IMG/VR virus record: IMGVR_UViG_3300024310_000022 | Span: 1 to 31,819 of that record | DNA: 31,819 nt | Source of the DNA: a virus | Lineage: Duplodnaviria > Caudoviricetes | Reading direction: 5' to 3' (one strand) | In this document: one piece after another, positions 8,530 to 16,503 of the stretch | Layout: each line of letters begins with the position of its first letter | Numbering within the stretch: position 1 is the first letter of the stretch | The notes under the pieces: model-generated | What the model saw: only the letters and a program-made list of their open reading frames with translations | Told to the model about the DNA's origin: nothing | Databases searched by the model: none | Program-made: the position numbers and the translations under genes

Positions 8530-9267
8530 CTATCCTCGCGAGTCGCCGCCGAAAATCGGCACGCCCCCGAAGAAATGACACTCGCCCGTGGTCTGATCCA
8601 CCAGGAACGCGCAATGCGTTCCACCGGCGTCGGGCCGAAATTCGATTTTCCATTCCGCCGGCTTGAAGCCGTGGGAGTCGCCGGCCTTGAACTCTTCCGG
8701 CTGATAGGTGAGGCGCAGCACCGGCTGGAACACCAGGTAGTTGCTGCCGGCGAGCCGATCGTTGGTGCGATCATCGAGCCGCTGCGGAATCATCCGCGGC
8801 TTGTCTTTGCCGGCTCGGAGAGTCACGTGTTTGTGCGGCCGCGTTTTTCCGCCGGGGAGAACGTCCACGGTTTTCCGGCAGTTCGCGTCGCAATCCGGAT
8901 TCATCGCCTCTTCGGCCGTGTACGCTTCCGCGCGCCAGGTGGGATCCACCAGATCCGGCAGGCCCACGTAGCCGTCGCTGCGGATCAGCGGCGCCATGCA
9001 CAGGATCATGTTCTTATCCGGCGCCTGCGCGATCGGCAGCCACTGCCCGCTGAGATCCAGCATGCGGCCGCGCGCGTTTTGCTGCGGCTGCGGACCCCAT
9101 CCGCTGATGATCGGATCGCGCGGGGGAGGCGTGTACGTGTCGCACGGCCCCACGGCGATCGTGCGCATGCGGCCCAGCGACAGGCAGTTTTTCGTGCGCA
9201 CCAGGTCTGTCTGGTATTTCAGGATGTCCGCCGGCGACATCGTTAAGGTTTGTGTTGCGCTTCCCAT
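8530..9267 (-). CDS. Hypothetical protein, 245 aa
   Basis: In-operon ORF with AAGGAGA RBS; no motif recognised (no Walker A). Confidence 0.75.
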   Translation of the reverse strand: MGSATQTLTMSPADILKYQTDLVRTKNCLSLGRMRTIAVGPCDTYTPPPRDPIISGWGPQPQQNARGRMLDLSGQWLPIAQAPDKNMILCMAPLIRSDGYVGLPDLVDPTWRAEAYTAEEAMNPDCDANCRKTVDVLPGGKTRPHKHVTLRAGKDKPRMIPQRLDDRTNDRLAGSNYLVFQPVLRLTYQPEEFKAGDSHGFKPAEWKIEFRPDAGGTHCAFLVDQTTGECHFFGGVPIFGGDSRG

Positions 9268-9306
9268 TTTTCGTTTCTCCTTGGAGAGGATTTTTCTTTT
9301 GGCCCT

Positions 9307-10101
9307 TTACAGCAACTTCCACAAAACAAAAAACCCCGCTGCTGGCAGCACCCAGGACGGCAAGCCCACGCCGGCGATCGCGCTGCTGATCGGGGAAAGT
9401 GGATTGGCCGCCGCTTGCTGCGCGGCCGCCGCGGCCAGATCGTCGAACTGGCTGGACATCTCCGCAATCGCGGCCTTCAGTTGTTTTGAAAGCACACACG
9501 CCGCGTTGCACGCCGACGAACTGTCTTTGAGGATCGAAGCGACCTGCTGCCGGAATTCTGTGTAGAGCTGCGTCAGCGCGGCCTTGCCGTCCGCCGGGGA
9601 AATCGTTCCGTTTTGCACGGCCTGATAAATTGCGCTCAGCCCGTCGTTGGCCGCGGGCATCGCCGCGCACTCCACTTGCTGCTCTTTTCTCACCGCGGCC
9701 GCGTGGCCGGCGAAGAGAGTGCCGAACAATCCAAGCAGTGCGCCGCCGAGCGCGACGAACGGAGCGGCCGGCCCAGTCAGTGGAGCAAGTTTCACCGCGG
9801 CTCCGCCGGCCGTGATCATGATTGCCGGCTTCAGCGAAACGGCGCCGGTGCCGCCGCAGCTCGTGGGGAGTTGGGACGCGAGCTGCAGGTTTTGCGCGGA
9901 CTGCGTGATCTGGTTGTAGACCGCCTGCGTGAAGCCGGCCTTGCCGCTGACTGTGTTTTTCGGCATGGCGATCTGCGCGGCCTGGTCCGGTGTGATCGCG
10001 GAAAGATGCGAAAGCCTGCGGCGCACACGCTGGCGCGAAAGCGCGGCGCCCATCTGATAGGTGCCGCGCGGTGCCGCGCCGAGTTGTGCCGCCTGATACA
10101 T
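9307..10101 (-). CDS. Tail-anchored virion membrane protein, 264 aa
   Basis: Starts MYQ; internal hydrophobic hairpin; helical domain with Cys; C-terminal TM (LPSWVLPAAGFFVLWKLL). Confidence 0.8.
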   Translation of the reverse strand: MYQAAQLGAAPRGTYQMGAALSRQRVRRRLSHLSAITPDQAAQIAMPKNTVSGKAGFTQAVYNQITQSAQNLQLASQLPTSCGGTGAVSLKPAIMITAGGAAVKLAPLTGPAAPFVALGGALLGLFGTLFAGHAAAVRKEQQVECAAMPAANDGLSAIYQAVQNGTISPADGKAALTQLYTEFRQQVASILKDSSSACNAACVLSKQLKAAIAEMSSQFDDLAAAAAQQAAANPLSPISSAIAGVGLPSWVLPAAGFFVLWKLL

Positions 10102-10290
10102 TTACTTGGCTTGTCCCTCTTCCGCGTCCGCCGCGTTCGATCCGAGATCCCCGACCTCACCCACGTCGCCGACGTCGCCGCACTCAGCGCGATGCGTTTG
10201 CGTTTTGGCCGAAGGCGCCGACGTCGTCGACGGCGCCCCCTGGCCCTGCTGCTGTCCGACTGGTTTTCCGTTGATAGTGGTCAGCGTCAT
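10102..10290 (-). CDS. Small low-complexity protein, 62 aa
   Basis: GAGAGGGGA RBS; MTLTTINGKP start; GDVGDVGEVGDLG repeat; abuts the next gene. Confidence 0.65.
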   Translation of the reverse strand: MTLTTINGKPVGQQQGQGAPSTTSAPSAKTQTHRAECGDVGDVGEVGDLGSNAADAEEGQAK

Positions 10291-10300
10291 TGGTCCCCTC

Positions 10301-11170
10301 TCAGTTCTCGATGCCCGGCGAAATTTTCCCCAGCGGTGTTCCCGGCGCGGGCATGTTCACGTCCACCCAGTAGTTGCCGCCGATAAAAAAGATTTGTTTG
10401 CGCAGCTTGTCGTACATCAGCCGCGGTAGCGTGCCGTCCACTTCGCCGAATTCGTGGTAGTACTCCACTGGCTGAAACTTGCCGTGGATCTTCCGCGCCA
10501 GGTACGCGACCTCAAGCGCGTCGCCCAGATCGATGAAGTCTTTCTGTTTCGAATCGTCGTCGAGGCACGGGAGAATGTTTTGGTTGCCGCCGATGCAGTA
10601 GAGCTGCTTGCCATCCGGAGAGATGGCCAGCTTCACACCGTCGCCGTGGAAGTTGAACTCCGCCTTTTTGCCTACCGGCGTTTCCACTTTCAGGTACACC
10701 AGGTCGCCGAGCGCGGTGTAATCCAGCCGCGTGGCGGCGCTGACGTGCTTCTCCACGACCTCTTTCGGATCGTGCCCGTGGAAACCCTGGAACAGCCGTA
10801 CGGCTTGCTCCTCTTCGCTGGGATTGCGGCGTGGCTTCACGCTTTTCTTTTTCGGGTTCAGCCGGGCCGCGCGGATCCGCGCTGCTCGATCGCGCGCGGT
10901 GCGCTTCTTCTCAACCGTCGATGGATTGCCGAAGATCAGCAGCTCGCCGGGATTCTTCCGCGCCTTCTCGCTCAGCGCGCACTTTGGATTTTTCTCGCCG
11001 GCCGGGTGAAGGATCTCCACCACTTTGCCGCTGCCTTTTTTGCGGCGGCCGGGAGGGAACGCGATGCGCACCTCGTGTTTCGAATCCGCGCCCGGCGCAA
11101 TCGTGCGCACTTTCCATCCGCGCGGCGTTTCCGCAACGTGTTCGGTCCGCATTTTTGCCGCACCGGCCAT
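10301..11170 (-). CDS. Virion protein with basic NP-repeat N-terminus and internally duplicated C-terminal domain, 289 aa
   Basis: KNP, KNP, GNP, LNP, RRNP in the N-terminal half; two LGD...KQ(L/I)(Y/F)xIGGN units; TGATG coupling. Confidence 0.8.
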   Translation of the reverse strand: MAGAAKMRTEHVAETPRGWKVRTIAPGADSKHEVRIAFPPGRRKKGSGKVVEILHPAGEKNPKCALSEKARKNPGELLIFGNPSTVEKKRTARDRAARIRAARLNPKKKSVKPRRNPSEEEQAVRLFQGFHGHDPKEVVEKHVSAATRLDYTALGDLVYLKVETPVGKKAEFNFHGDGVKLAISPDGKQLYCIGGNQNILPCLDDDSKQKDFIDLGDALEVAYLARKIHGKFQPVEYYHEFGEVDGTLPRLMYDKLRKQIFFIGGNYWVDVNMPAPGTPLGKISPGIEN

Positions 11171-11955
11171 CAGAGTTCCTTCACCAGGAGTAACGCGCCG
11201 AGCCCCAGGCCGATCGGCAGGGCATAGGCAGAAACAAAACTGGAAAGATCGAAGCTGGCCGCGGCGGCGCCCAACACTATTTGCGACGCGGTCACCTGGC
11301 GGCCAGCGTTGCCGATGGCGCTGTCGATGATGGCCTTGATGTCCTGCGCCTGGCCGTAATCGCGCGTGGTGTGGATGGTGATGGAGAAACCAGTCGCCTG
11401 CCCCACAACGGTGGAAGGGATCGTGCTGCTATCGATTTCGATTCCCCACTGCTGGGAGAGAATCGGCTTCACCGTGGCGAGGATCTGCGAAGGGTTGGCG
11501 ACGTTGAGAAGGGAACTGGCCCACTGCACGGAATACGTCAGCACCGATCCGCTCTTCAGAAAGTTGCTGGGCGTTTGGGTGACACTCGACGTTGTGGTGG
11601 ACGTCGAAGGCGGCGTGATGGGTTGCGGTGCGGCCGGCGTCTGAGGATATGCGGCAATCTGTGCGACAACCGCTCTCAGGTCGGAACCACTCAGCGTGGT
11701 GACCACGTTGCCGTTGGAGTCGTATACATTTCCGTTGGTGACGTCGACCAAAGTCCCATCGGCGTACTGCACGATCGTTCTATCCGGCGTGATCGTATAA
11801 ATCGGATCGACACCAGGCACGGCACCCATCCGGCCCAGTCCGCCCATGCGTTTCGTTGGCGGCGTGGAGATCCCGCGCGCGGAACATCCGCAGCCCATTC
11901 GGCCGAGGTTCCACTTGCGGTTATTCACCGGCGCCGGGTTTTGCAACAGATACAC
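11170..11955 (-). CDS. Tail-anchored virion membrane protein, 261 aa
   Basis: MYL start; VNNRKWNLGRMG and MGGLGRMG motifs; P/T linker; C-terminal TM (YALPIGLGLGALLLVKEL). Confidence 0.8.
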   Translation of the reverse strand: MYLLQNPAPVNNRKWNLGRMGCGCSARGISTPPTKRMGGLGRMGAVPGVDPIYTITPDRTIVQYADGTLVDVTNGNVYDSNGNVVTTLSGSDLRAVVAQIAAYPQTPAAPQPITPPSTSTTTSSVTQTPSNFLKSGSVLTYSVQWASSLLNVANPSQILATVKPILSQQWGIEIDSSTIPSTVVGQATGFSITIHTTRDYGQAQDIKAIIDSAIGNAGRQVTASQIVLGAAAASFDLSSFVSAYALPIGLGLGALLLVKEL

Positions 11956-11956
11956 G

Positions 11957-12265
11957 TCAGCTCCTCAGCTCACGAAGTGCGCGGCGAACTTTTCCGCCAC
12001 GCGAGCTGCGCGGATGTTTGCGACCGAACAGAAACGCGGCCAGCGCGAGCGCTCCGATGCCCAGGCCGAGCGCTGTGGGATCCAGCGTCACCGGATCCGC
12101 GCCGAGGCCGCCGCCGGGAATGAAGCCGCGCGCCATCGCCTGGTTCGGCCGGAAGAAACGCAAGCCGCCGCCAGGCAACAAACCGGAAAGCGTGGAGGTG
12201 GATCCCCACTTTGTGTTGATGGGGAAATACCCGTTCGAATTGCCGCATTGTGAGGTGAGGTACAT
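11957..12265 (-). CDS. Small tail-anchored membrane protein, 102 aa
   Basis: Likely start ATG 12265 overlapping the upstream TAA (TAATG): MYLTSQC...GGGLGAD..TM (ALGLGIGALALAAFLF)-basic tail. Confidence 0.75.
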   Translation of the reverse strand: MYLTSQCGNSNGYFPINTKWGSTSTLSGLLPGGGLRFFRPNQAMARGFIPGGGLGADPVTLDPTALGLGIGALALAAFLFGRKHPRSSRGGKVRRALRELRS

Positions 12266-12942
12266 TAGCGCCGCCTTCCTCCGCCGCCGCCGAGCGCGGT
12301 CAGCGCAAACAGGCCGGCGCCTGCAGCGAGCAGTGTTGTGGGGCTGAGCCCGAAAATTGTTCCGCTCGGCGCGGCGGCCGCTTTGTTGGTGGCGTTTTGG
12401 TAGCTCTGCTGCCAGAGCTGGTTCACCACGCCGGCGGGAACTCCTGCAGCGATCGCGGCTTGCGGGCTGGGAAACCGCGCCAAACTGGCCGTCCATGTGC
12501 TATAGACCGTGGCGGGATCCAAGCCGGCAGCGATCGCCGCTTGAGGAGAGGTGTAGTCCAGCGGATTCGTGGAAGGCCTGGTGGCCGGCACCGTGGTGAT
12601 GCCGCCGTTCGAAGCGCTGCCCGTAACAGGGCTTGGATTCTGCGCGCCCGTACGAACCGGCGTATTGAGCGCGGCGGTCCACGCTCCGCCATTCGCGGCG
12701 CACTCCGTTGGATCCGAAAACAGATCCAAAGATTCTGCTGTGGTGCCATCTGCAGAGAAGTAGGTGCAGTAGCCGGATGACGGTGCATCGCCAAGCCCGC
12801 GCAGCCCGCGCAGCCGCCACGGTTGCCCTGTGCTGCTGGCGCCCATGCGGCCCAGATTCGGCAAACGCACCGGCTGCAATCCCATGCGGCCGAGATTCCA
12901 CTTCCGGTTGTTTACTCTCGTATTGGAGTCCATCAGGTACAT
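12265..12942 (-). CDS. Tail-anchored virion membrane protein, 225 aa
   Basis: MYL start; VNNRKWNLGRMG, NLGRMG, LRGLRGLGD; duplicated SPQAAIAAG; C-terminal TM plus GGGGGRRR. Confidence 0.8.
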   Translation of the reverse strand: MYLMDSNTRVNNRKWNLGRMGLQPVRLPNLGRMGASSTGQPWRLRGLRGLGDAPSSGYCTYFSADGTTAESLDLFSDPTECAANGGAWTAALNTPVRTGAQNPSPVTGSASNGGITTVPATRPSTNPLDYTSPQAAIAAGLDPATVYSTWTASLARFPSPQAAIAAGVPAGVVNQLWQQSYQNATNKAAAAPSGTIFGLSPTTLLAAGAGLFALTALGGGGGRRR

Positions 12943-13568
12943 CAGCGCTTACCCCCTGAAGTGACTTTGTAAAGCAGCAGCGCTCCGCCGCCGGCCACGA
13001 TCCAATTCGGGATCCCCGCAAAACCGATCGAGGACAAAAGCGAGTCTTGCTGCAGCCAATCGAAAATTTCTTGGTAGCCACTGCTCGCTGCAGCGGGAGC
13101 GATGCTGACGTTCACCGGTGGCGGTGCGGTGGTTCCAGCGGGAGCTGCGGTGCTGGCGCCTGAAGAAGAAGGTGGCGGCGCCGGCGGCGTGGCGCTCGCG
13201 CCCGTGTTGTACGGCGTGCCCACGTTGATCCACTTCGCCTGCGAGGGGCTGTACTGCCAAAAGGATCCGTCCGTGTTTACGAAGATCTGGTTGGTGGAAT
13301 AACCGGAAGGAACTGGCGTGCCGGAATTCGCGCTGACGGGTGGCGCGGTCACGGGCGGCATTGGTGCGGGAAGAATCGGCGGCCGCGGCGTTGTTACCGG
13401 CAACTTGATCACGGTGGAAGTCGTGCTTACGATCGGTTGGTTCACCGTAGGGATCGGTGCCGGCGCAACGGGACGGATGACTGGCCGGATCGAGCTGTCA
13501 TACCGAATCGATGGCAGCGAGATCGCCAGGCCCATGCCGTTCATTCGTCTGTGGCCCTGAAGGTACAT
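12942..13568 (-). CDS. Pro-rich tail-anchored virion membrane protein, 208 aa
   Basis: MYLQGHRRMNGMG start; Pro/Thr-rich linkers; C-terminal TM (IPNWIVAGGGALLLYKV) plus GGKR. Confidence 0.8.
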   Translation of the reverse strand: MYLQGHRRMNGMGLAISLPSIRYDSSIRPVIRPVAPAPIPTVNQPIVSTTSTVIKLPVTTPRPPILPAPMPPVTAPPVSANSGTPVPSGYSTNQIFVNTDGSFWQYSPSQAKWINVGTPYNTGASATPPAPPPSSSGASTAAPAGTTAPPPVNVSIAPAAASSGYQEIFDWLQQDSLLSSIGFAGIPNWIVAGGGALLLYKVTSGGKR

Positions 13569-13574
13569 TCCGAG

Positions 13575-14594
13575 TCAGCGTCTCCCTGCCAGCAGCAATG
13601 CGCCGCCGACTATCGCGGCACCAATCAAAAGCGTGTTGGTGGAGATCCCACCCACCTGGGAAGTGATCGGCAGCAAAGAAGGCGACGCGGCTCTTTGCGT
13701 CATGGACGTGGTAGGCACCAGGTTGTACGGCGAAGCGCGTTCGGCCGTGATGATGTTGGCCGCGCCGGTGGTTGCGCCCTGAATCGCGGTCGACAGTCCG
13801 CTCCAATCGAAGCCATCGTCGTCGCCGAGCGTGCGGCGAAGATCGTCTCGACTGAAATCGGAAAGCGCGCGTCGCGCGGCCGGCACACCGTAGTTGCCGA
13901 GGCCGATCGGCGGCCGCTTGAACTGCTGGTGCGGCGGCGCCACGGGAAATTTATTCAGATAGGTACCGGTCATTTCTCTCGCCGGCATTCGAAAAGGCGC
14001 ATACAAGTTCGCGCGCCAGGCGCCGACCGGGCCTTGGCCTGGTGCGATGCTGTTCCGCACGTTGCCCATTCCACGCATGTCAGTGAACTCCTCTGAGTCC
14101 ACGCACCACACGCGCTTGCGCGAGTAATGTTCCGGACTCTTCCCAAACGCGGGATGCCGACGCGCGGCGTCGAGCGCTACCCAGCGGCCGTTCACTTCCG
14201 CTTCGGGATAGACGTGGGAGAATTCGCCGCCCGGATCCGTGGCGATCGTCACGATGCGGCAATCGCATCCGATCGTTTTCAGCAGGGAACAGATCAGCAC
14301 CGTGTGATCGTCGCAATCCCCGATGCCCAGCCGAATAATGTCCGCCGCGCCGTGCAGCGTTTCGTTCCCGTCGACGTCGCGCGTGAAACGCAGGTTGCGC
14401 CGCACCGCTTCGTAGATCGCGCGCGCTTCGCCTTCCCAGTCGTACGCCGGCACGTTCGCTTTGCGCAGGATCTGCGCCGCCAGCTCGTGCACCTTGGGAT
14501 CTTGTTTGCCCTGGTGAATCAATCGACGCATCTGCCGGATGGTCTGCTCTACTCCGGGATCGCCGTCGAGGTGCGGTATGCGCGTGAGTTTCAT
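13575..14594 (-). CDS. Transglutaminase-like cysteine enzyme (putative maturation protease) with C-terminal membrane anchor, 339 aa
   Basis: Triad motifs GDCDD, FSHVYPE, WVALDA of the transglutaminase-like superfamily; then MRGMG/IGLG/TLGD motifs and a C-terminal TM (TLLIGAAIVGGALLLAGRR). Confidence 0.88.
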   Translation of the reverse strand: MKLTRIPHLDGDPGVEQTIRQMRRLIHQGKQDPKVHELAAQILRKANVPAYDWEGEARAIYEAVRRNLRFTRDVDGNETLHGAADIIRLGIGDCDDHTVLICSLLKTIGCDCRIVTIATDPGGEFSHVYPEAEVNGRWVALDAARRHPAFGKSPEHYSRKRVWCVDSEEFTDMRGMGNVRNSIAPGQGPVGAWRANLYAPFRMPAREMTGTYLNKFPVAPPHQQFKRPPIGLGNYGVPAARRALSDFSRDDLRRTLGDDDGFDWSGLSTAIQGATTGAANIITAERASPYNLVPTTSMTQRAASPSLLPITSQVGGISTNTLLIGAAIVGGALLLAGRR

Positions 14595-14781
14595 TCATCG
14601 AAAGGTTGGCGGCGGGTGCTTCGCGGGCTTGGAATGGCTCACAGGCGGCCCCGCCACCGCACAACTTGCCACCTGCGGCAACAATCGGGCCGGTGTGCTG
14701 TTCTGTCAAAGGCTTGCACTCAGAGACGAGATAGAACGCGCGCTGAGACGCGACGAAGGGAACTCTGAACAGTCCTTTACG

Positions 14782-14810
14782 TTGTGAGGTTTGCTGAGTA
14801 GTGGTATATG
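14782..14810 (+). promoter_or_regulatory. Putative sigma70-type promoter of the early arm
   Basis: TTGTGA-17 bp-TATATG with a TG extended -10, upstream of a GGGAGA RBS and TTG 14852. Confidence 0.4.
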
Positions 14811-14851
14811 TAGGGTGCTTCGCGGTAGCGGATGGCAATGGGAGAAATACA

Positions 14852-16273
14852 TTGCCGAGAAAAATCGACGCCTCACCGGCCACGCCGGTGATCAACATCA
14901 ACACCTCTGCGCCCGCATCCTCTCCAGAAACTGAAAAACCGGTAGTCCCGAAGGAAGAAAAGGAAATTAACTGGTTTTTCACCGAACTCGCGGACAAACC
15001 CACGCACGAGTGGGGAAGGGTCTGGAGTTTGGAGCTGCACCGGTTGAAACCGGATGTGCCAGGAGTACCCGGTACGAAAGGGTATCTGCGTTTGTTCAGC
15101 GAGCCGGTGACGCTGGAAACGATTCGCTCGAATTTCGGCGGCGGTCGCTTCCGCCTGAACCTTTGCAAGAACGGCCGCTGGCACACCAGCCACGAATTTG
15201 AAATCGAAGGCCAGCCTATCTACGACCCGAATCGCGAACGGCCGGCGGTGAACGGCAACGCGGCAATCAGCGGAGACTTCCAGAAAGAACTCGTCAGTAT
15301 GCTGCGCGAAGAGTTGCAACGCGGCCGCGACGGGCAAGCGCCTGGCGGAGAGGAAGTGATCAAGATGCTTACCTCCGCGAGCGAAAAGGCGATGGAGATC
15401 GTCACCAAACAGACGACGCCCGCAAGCGATCCGGCCGCACAGTTGAATGCGTTGCTGAGCGCCGCGAAAACTCTCGCGGATCTCCGAGCCCCGCAAAGCA
15501 ACGGATTGGGCGAACTGGGCCAGTACATCGGTCCTCTGCTGAAAGCCGTCATGGAAAAACTGGTGACCCCAGTGGATCCGTTGGCGGAGTTGCAAAAAAT
15601 GGCCGGGCTGATGGACGTGCTGGAAAAAATTCGCGGTGGTGCCGGGGACGCGCCGCCGAAAGATTGGCGCGCCGCGGCCGTGCAGGCCGTTACCTCGCAT
15701 CTGCCGGAAATCCTGGACACGTTCAAAACAACTTCCGCGAACACTGTCGCCGCGAATCAAGCACGCGCGCGCGCCGCGGAAGTGATGCGCGGAGCTTCAC
15801 CGGCCGCCGCTGCACCCACAGCGCCGCCAGCGAACTCCGCACCTGCAATAGCCGCAGTAGCGCCGGCGGCGCCGGTGAATTCGAACGGTGGCTTGCGCCT
15901 GGTGCCGCGCGATTCGGTGGACGAAGCGCCGCCGGCACCCGAGCAGCGTGCGGAAACCGCCACGGCCCAACCACTGTCAGTGGAAGAGCACCGGCACGCT
16001 TTGAAAATCAACGTGGTAAATTTATTCATGCACGGCGCCAGCGGCAGCAGCATCGCGAGCTACGTCGAGGATGTGGATCCAGAATTCGCGGCGGACTTCG
16101 GCAAATACACCACGGACCAGATCATCAGTTTTTTTGCGACCGACGAAATCCTGAAGGTGATGGTGGATTCCAGGCAGCCGCCAAGCGATCCCACTTTTCC
16201 CACGCGGCTGCATGAAGTGCTCGCCGACGCGCGCGAGTTCGTGAACGAAGGCCAAGAGATCACCGTCAACTGA
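14852..16273 (+). CDS. Hypothetical protein, about 473 aa (small beta domain, helical region, Ala/Pro linker, helical C-domain)
   Basis: Long ORF with coding-like codon bias; TTG start with GGGAGA RBS preferred over GTG 14801; no family recognised. Confidence 0.8.
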   Translation: MPRKIDASPATPVININTSAPASSPETEKPVVPKEEKEINWFFTELADKPTHEWGRVWSLELHRLKPDVPGVPGTKGYLRLFSEPVTLETIRSNFGGGRFRLNLCKNGRWHTSHEFEIEGQPIYDPNRERPAVNGNAAISGDFQKELVSMLREELQRGRDGQAPGGEEVIKMLTSASEKAMEIVTKQTTPASDPAAQLNALLSAAKTLADLRAPQSNGLGELGQYIGPLLKAVMEKLVTPVDPLAELQKMAGLMDVLEKIRGGAGDAPPKDWRAAAVQAVTSHLPEILDTFKTTSANTVAANQARARAAEVMRGASPAAAAPTAPPANSAPAIAAVAPAAPVNSNGGLRLVPRDSVDEAPPAPEQRAETATAQPLSVEEHRHALKINVVNLFMHGASGSSIASYVEDVDPEFAADFGKYTTDQIISFFATDEILKVMVDSRQPPSDPTFPTRLHEVLADAREFVNEGQEITVN

Positions 16274-16282
16274 TACTCGTTG

Positions 16283-16308
16283 TGCGCAATACTGCGCACT
16301 ATTGCGCA
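16283..16308. promoter_or_regulatory. Three TGCGCA palindromes at 10-bp period (putative operator)
   Basis: TGCGCA at 16283, 16293 and 16303 in the intergenic region upstream of the helicase gene. Confidence 0.45.
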
Positions 16309-16503
16309 ACGGGTTTCCACAGCGGTGGTAACTGAACCACAACCTGTGGGCAAATCTTCGTGTTGACACAATTCCTTGTGTGCCCGTATCCTCGCCATCG
16401 ATCCGTCCGCTAATCGCAAAGCTGATCGGGAGCGGTGAACGGCCTGGCAGGTTGGCTCCGCTCCCTTCGATCAGCCCAGTGATTCCGCGACCGACCTGCC
16501 AAA

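Noticed and set aside
8530-9267. Packaging ATPase candidate by position and size
   Set aside because: No convincing Walker A/B context; LPGGKT is not preceded by the expected strand-GxxxxGK pattern.
26-14500. Numerous + strand ORFs (e.g. 2643-3743, 6507-7472, 7438-8415)
   Set aside because: Antisense shadows of the tightly tiled minus-strand genes in GC-rich DNA; no RBS or motifs.
16313-16380. DnaA-box cluster
   Set aside because: Only degenerate matches to TTWTNCACA; kept as part of a low-confidence regulatory observation, not called as a feature.
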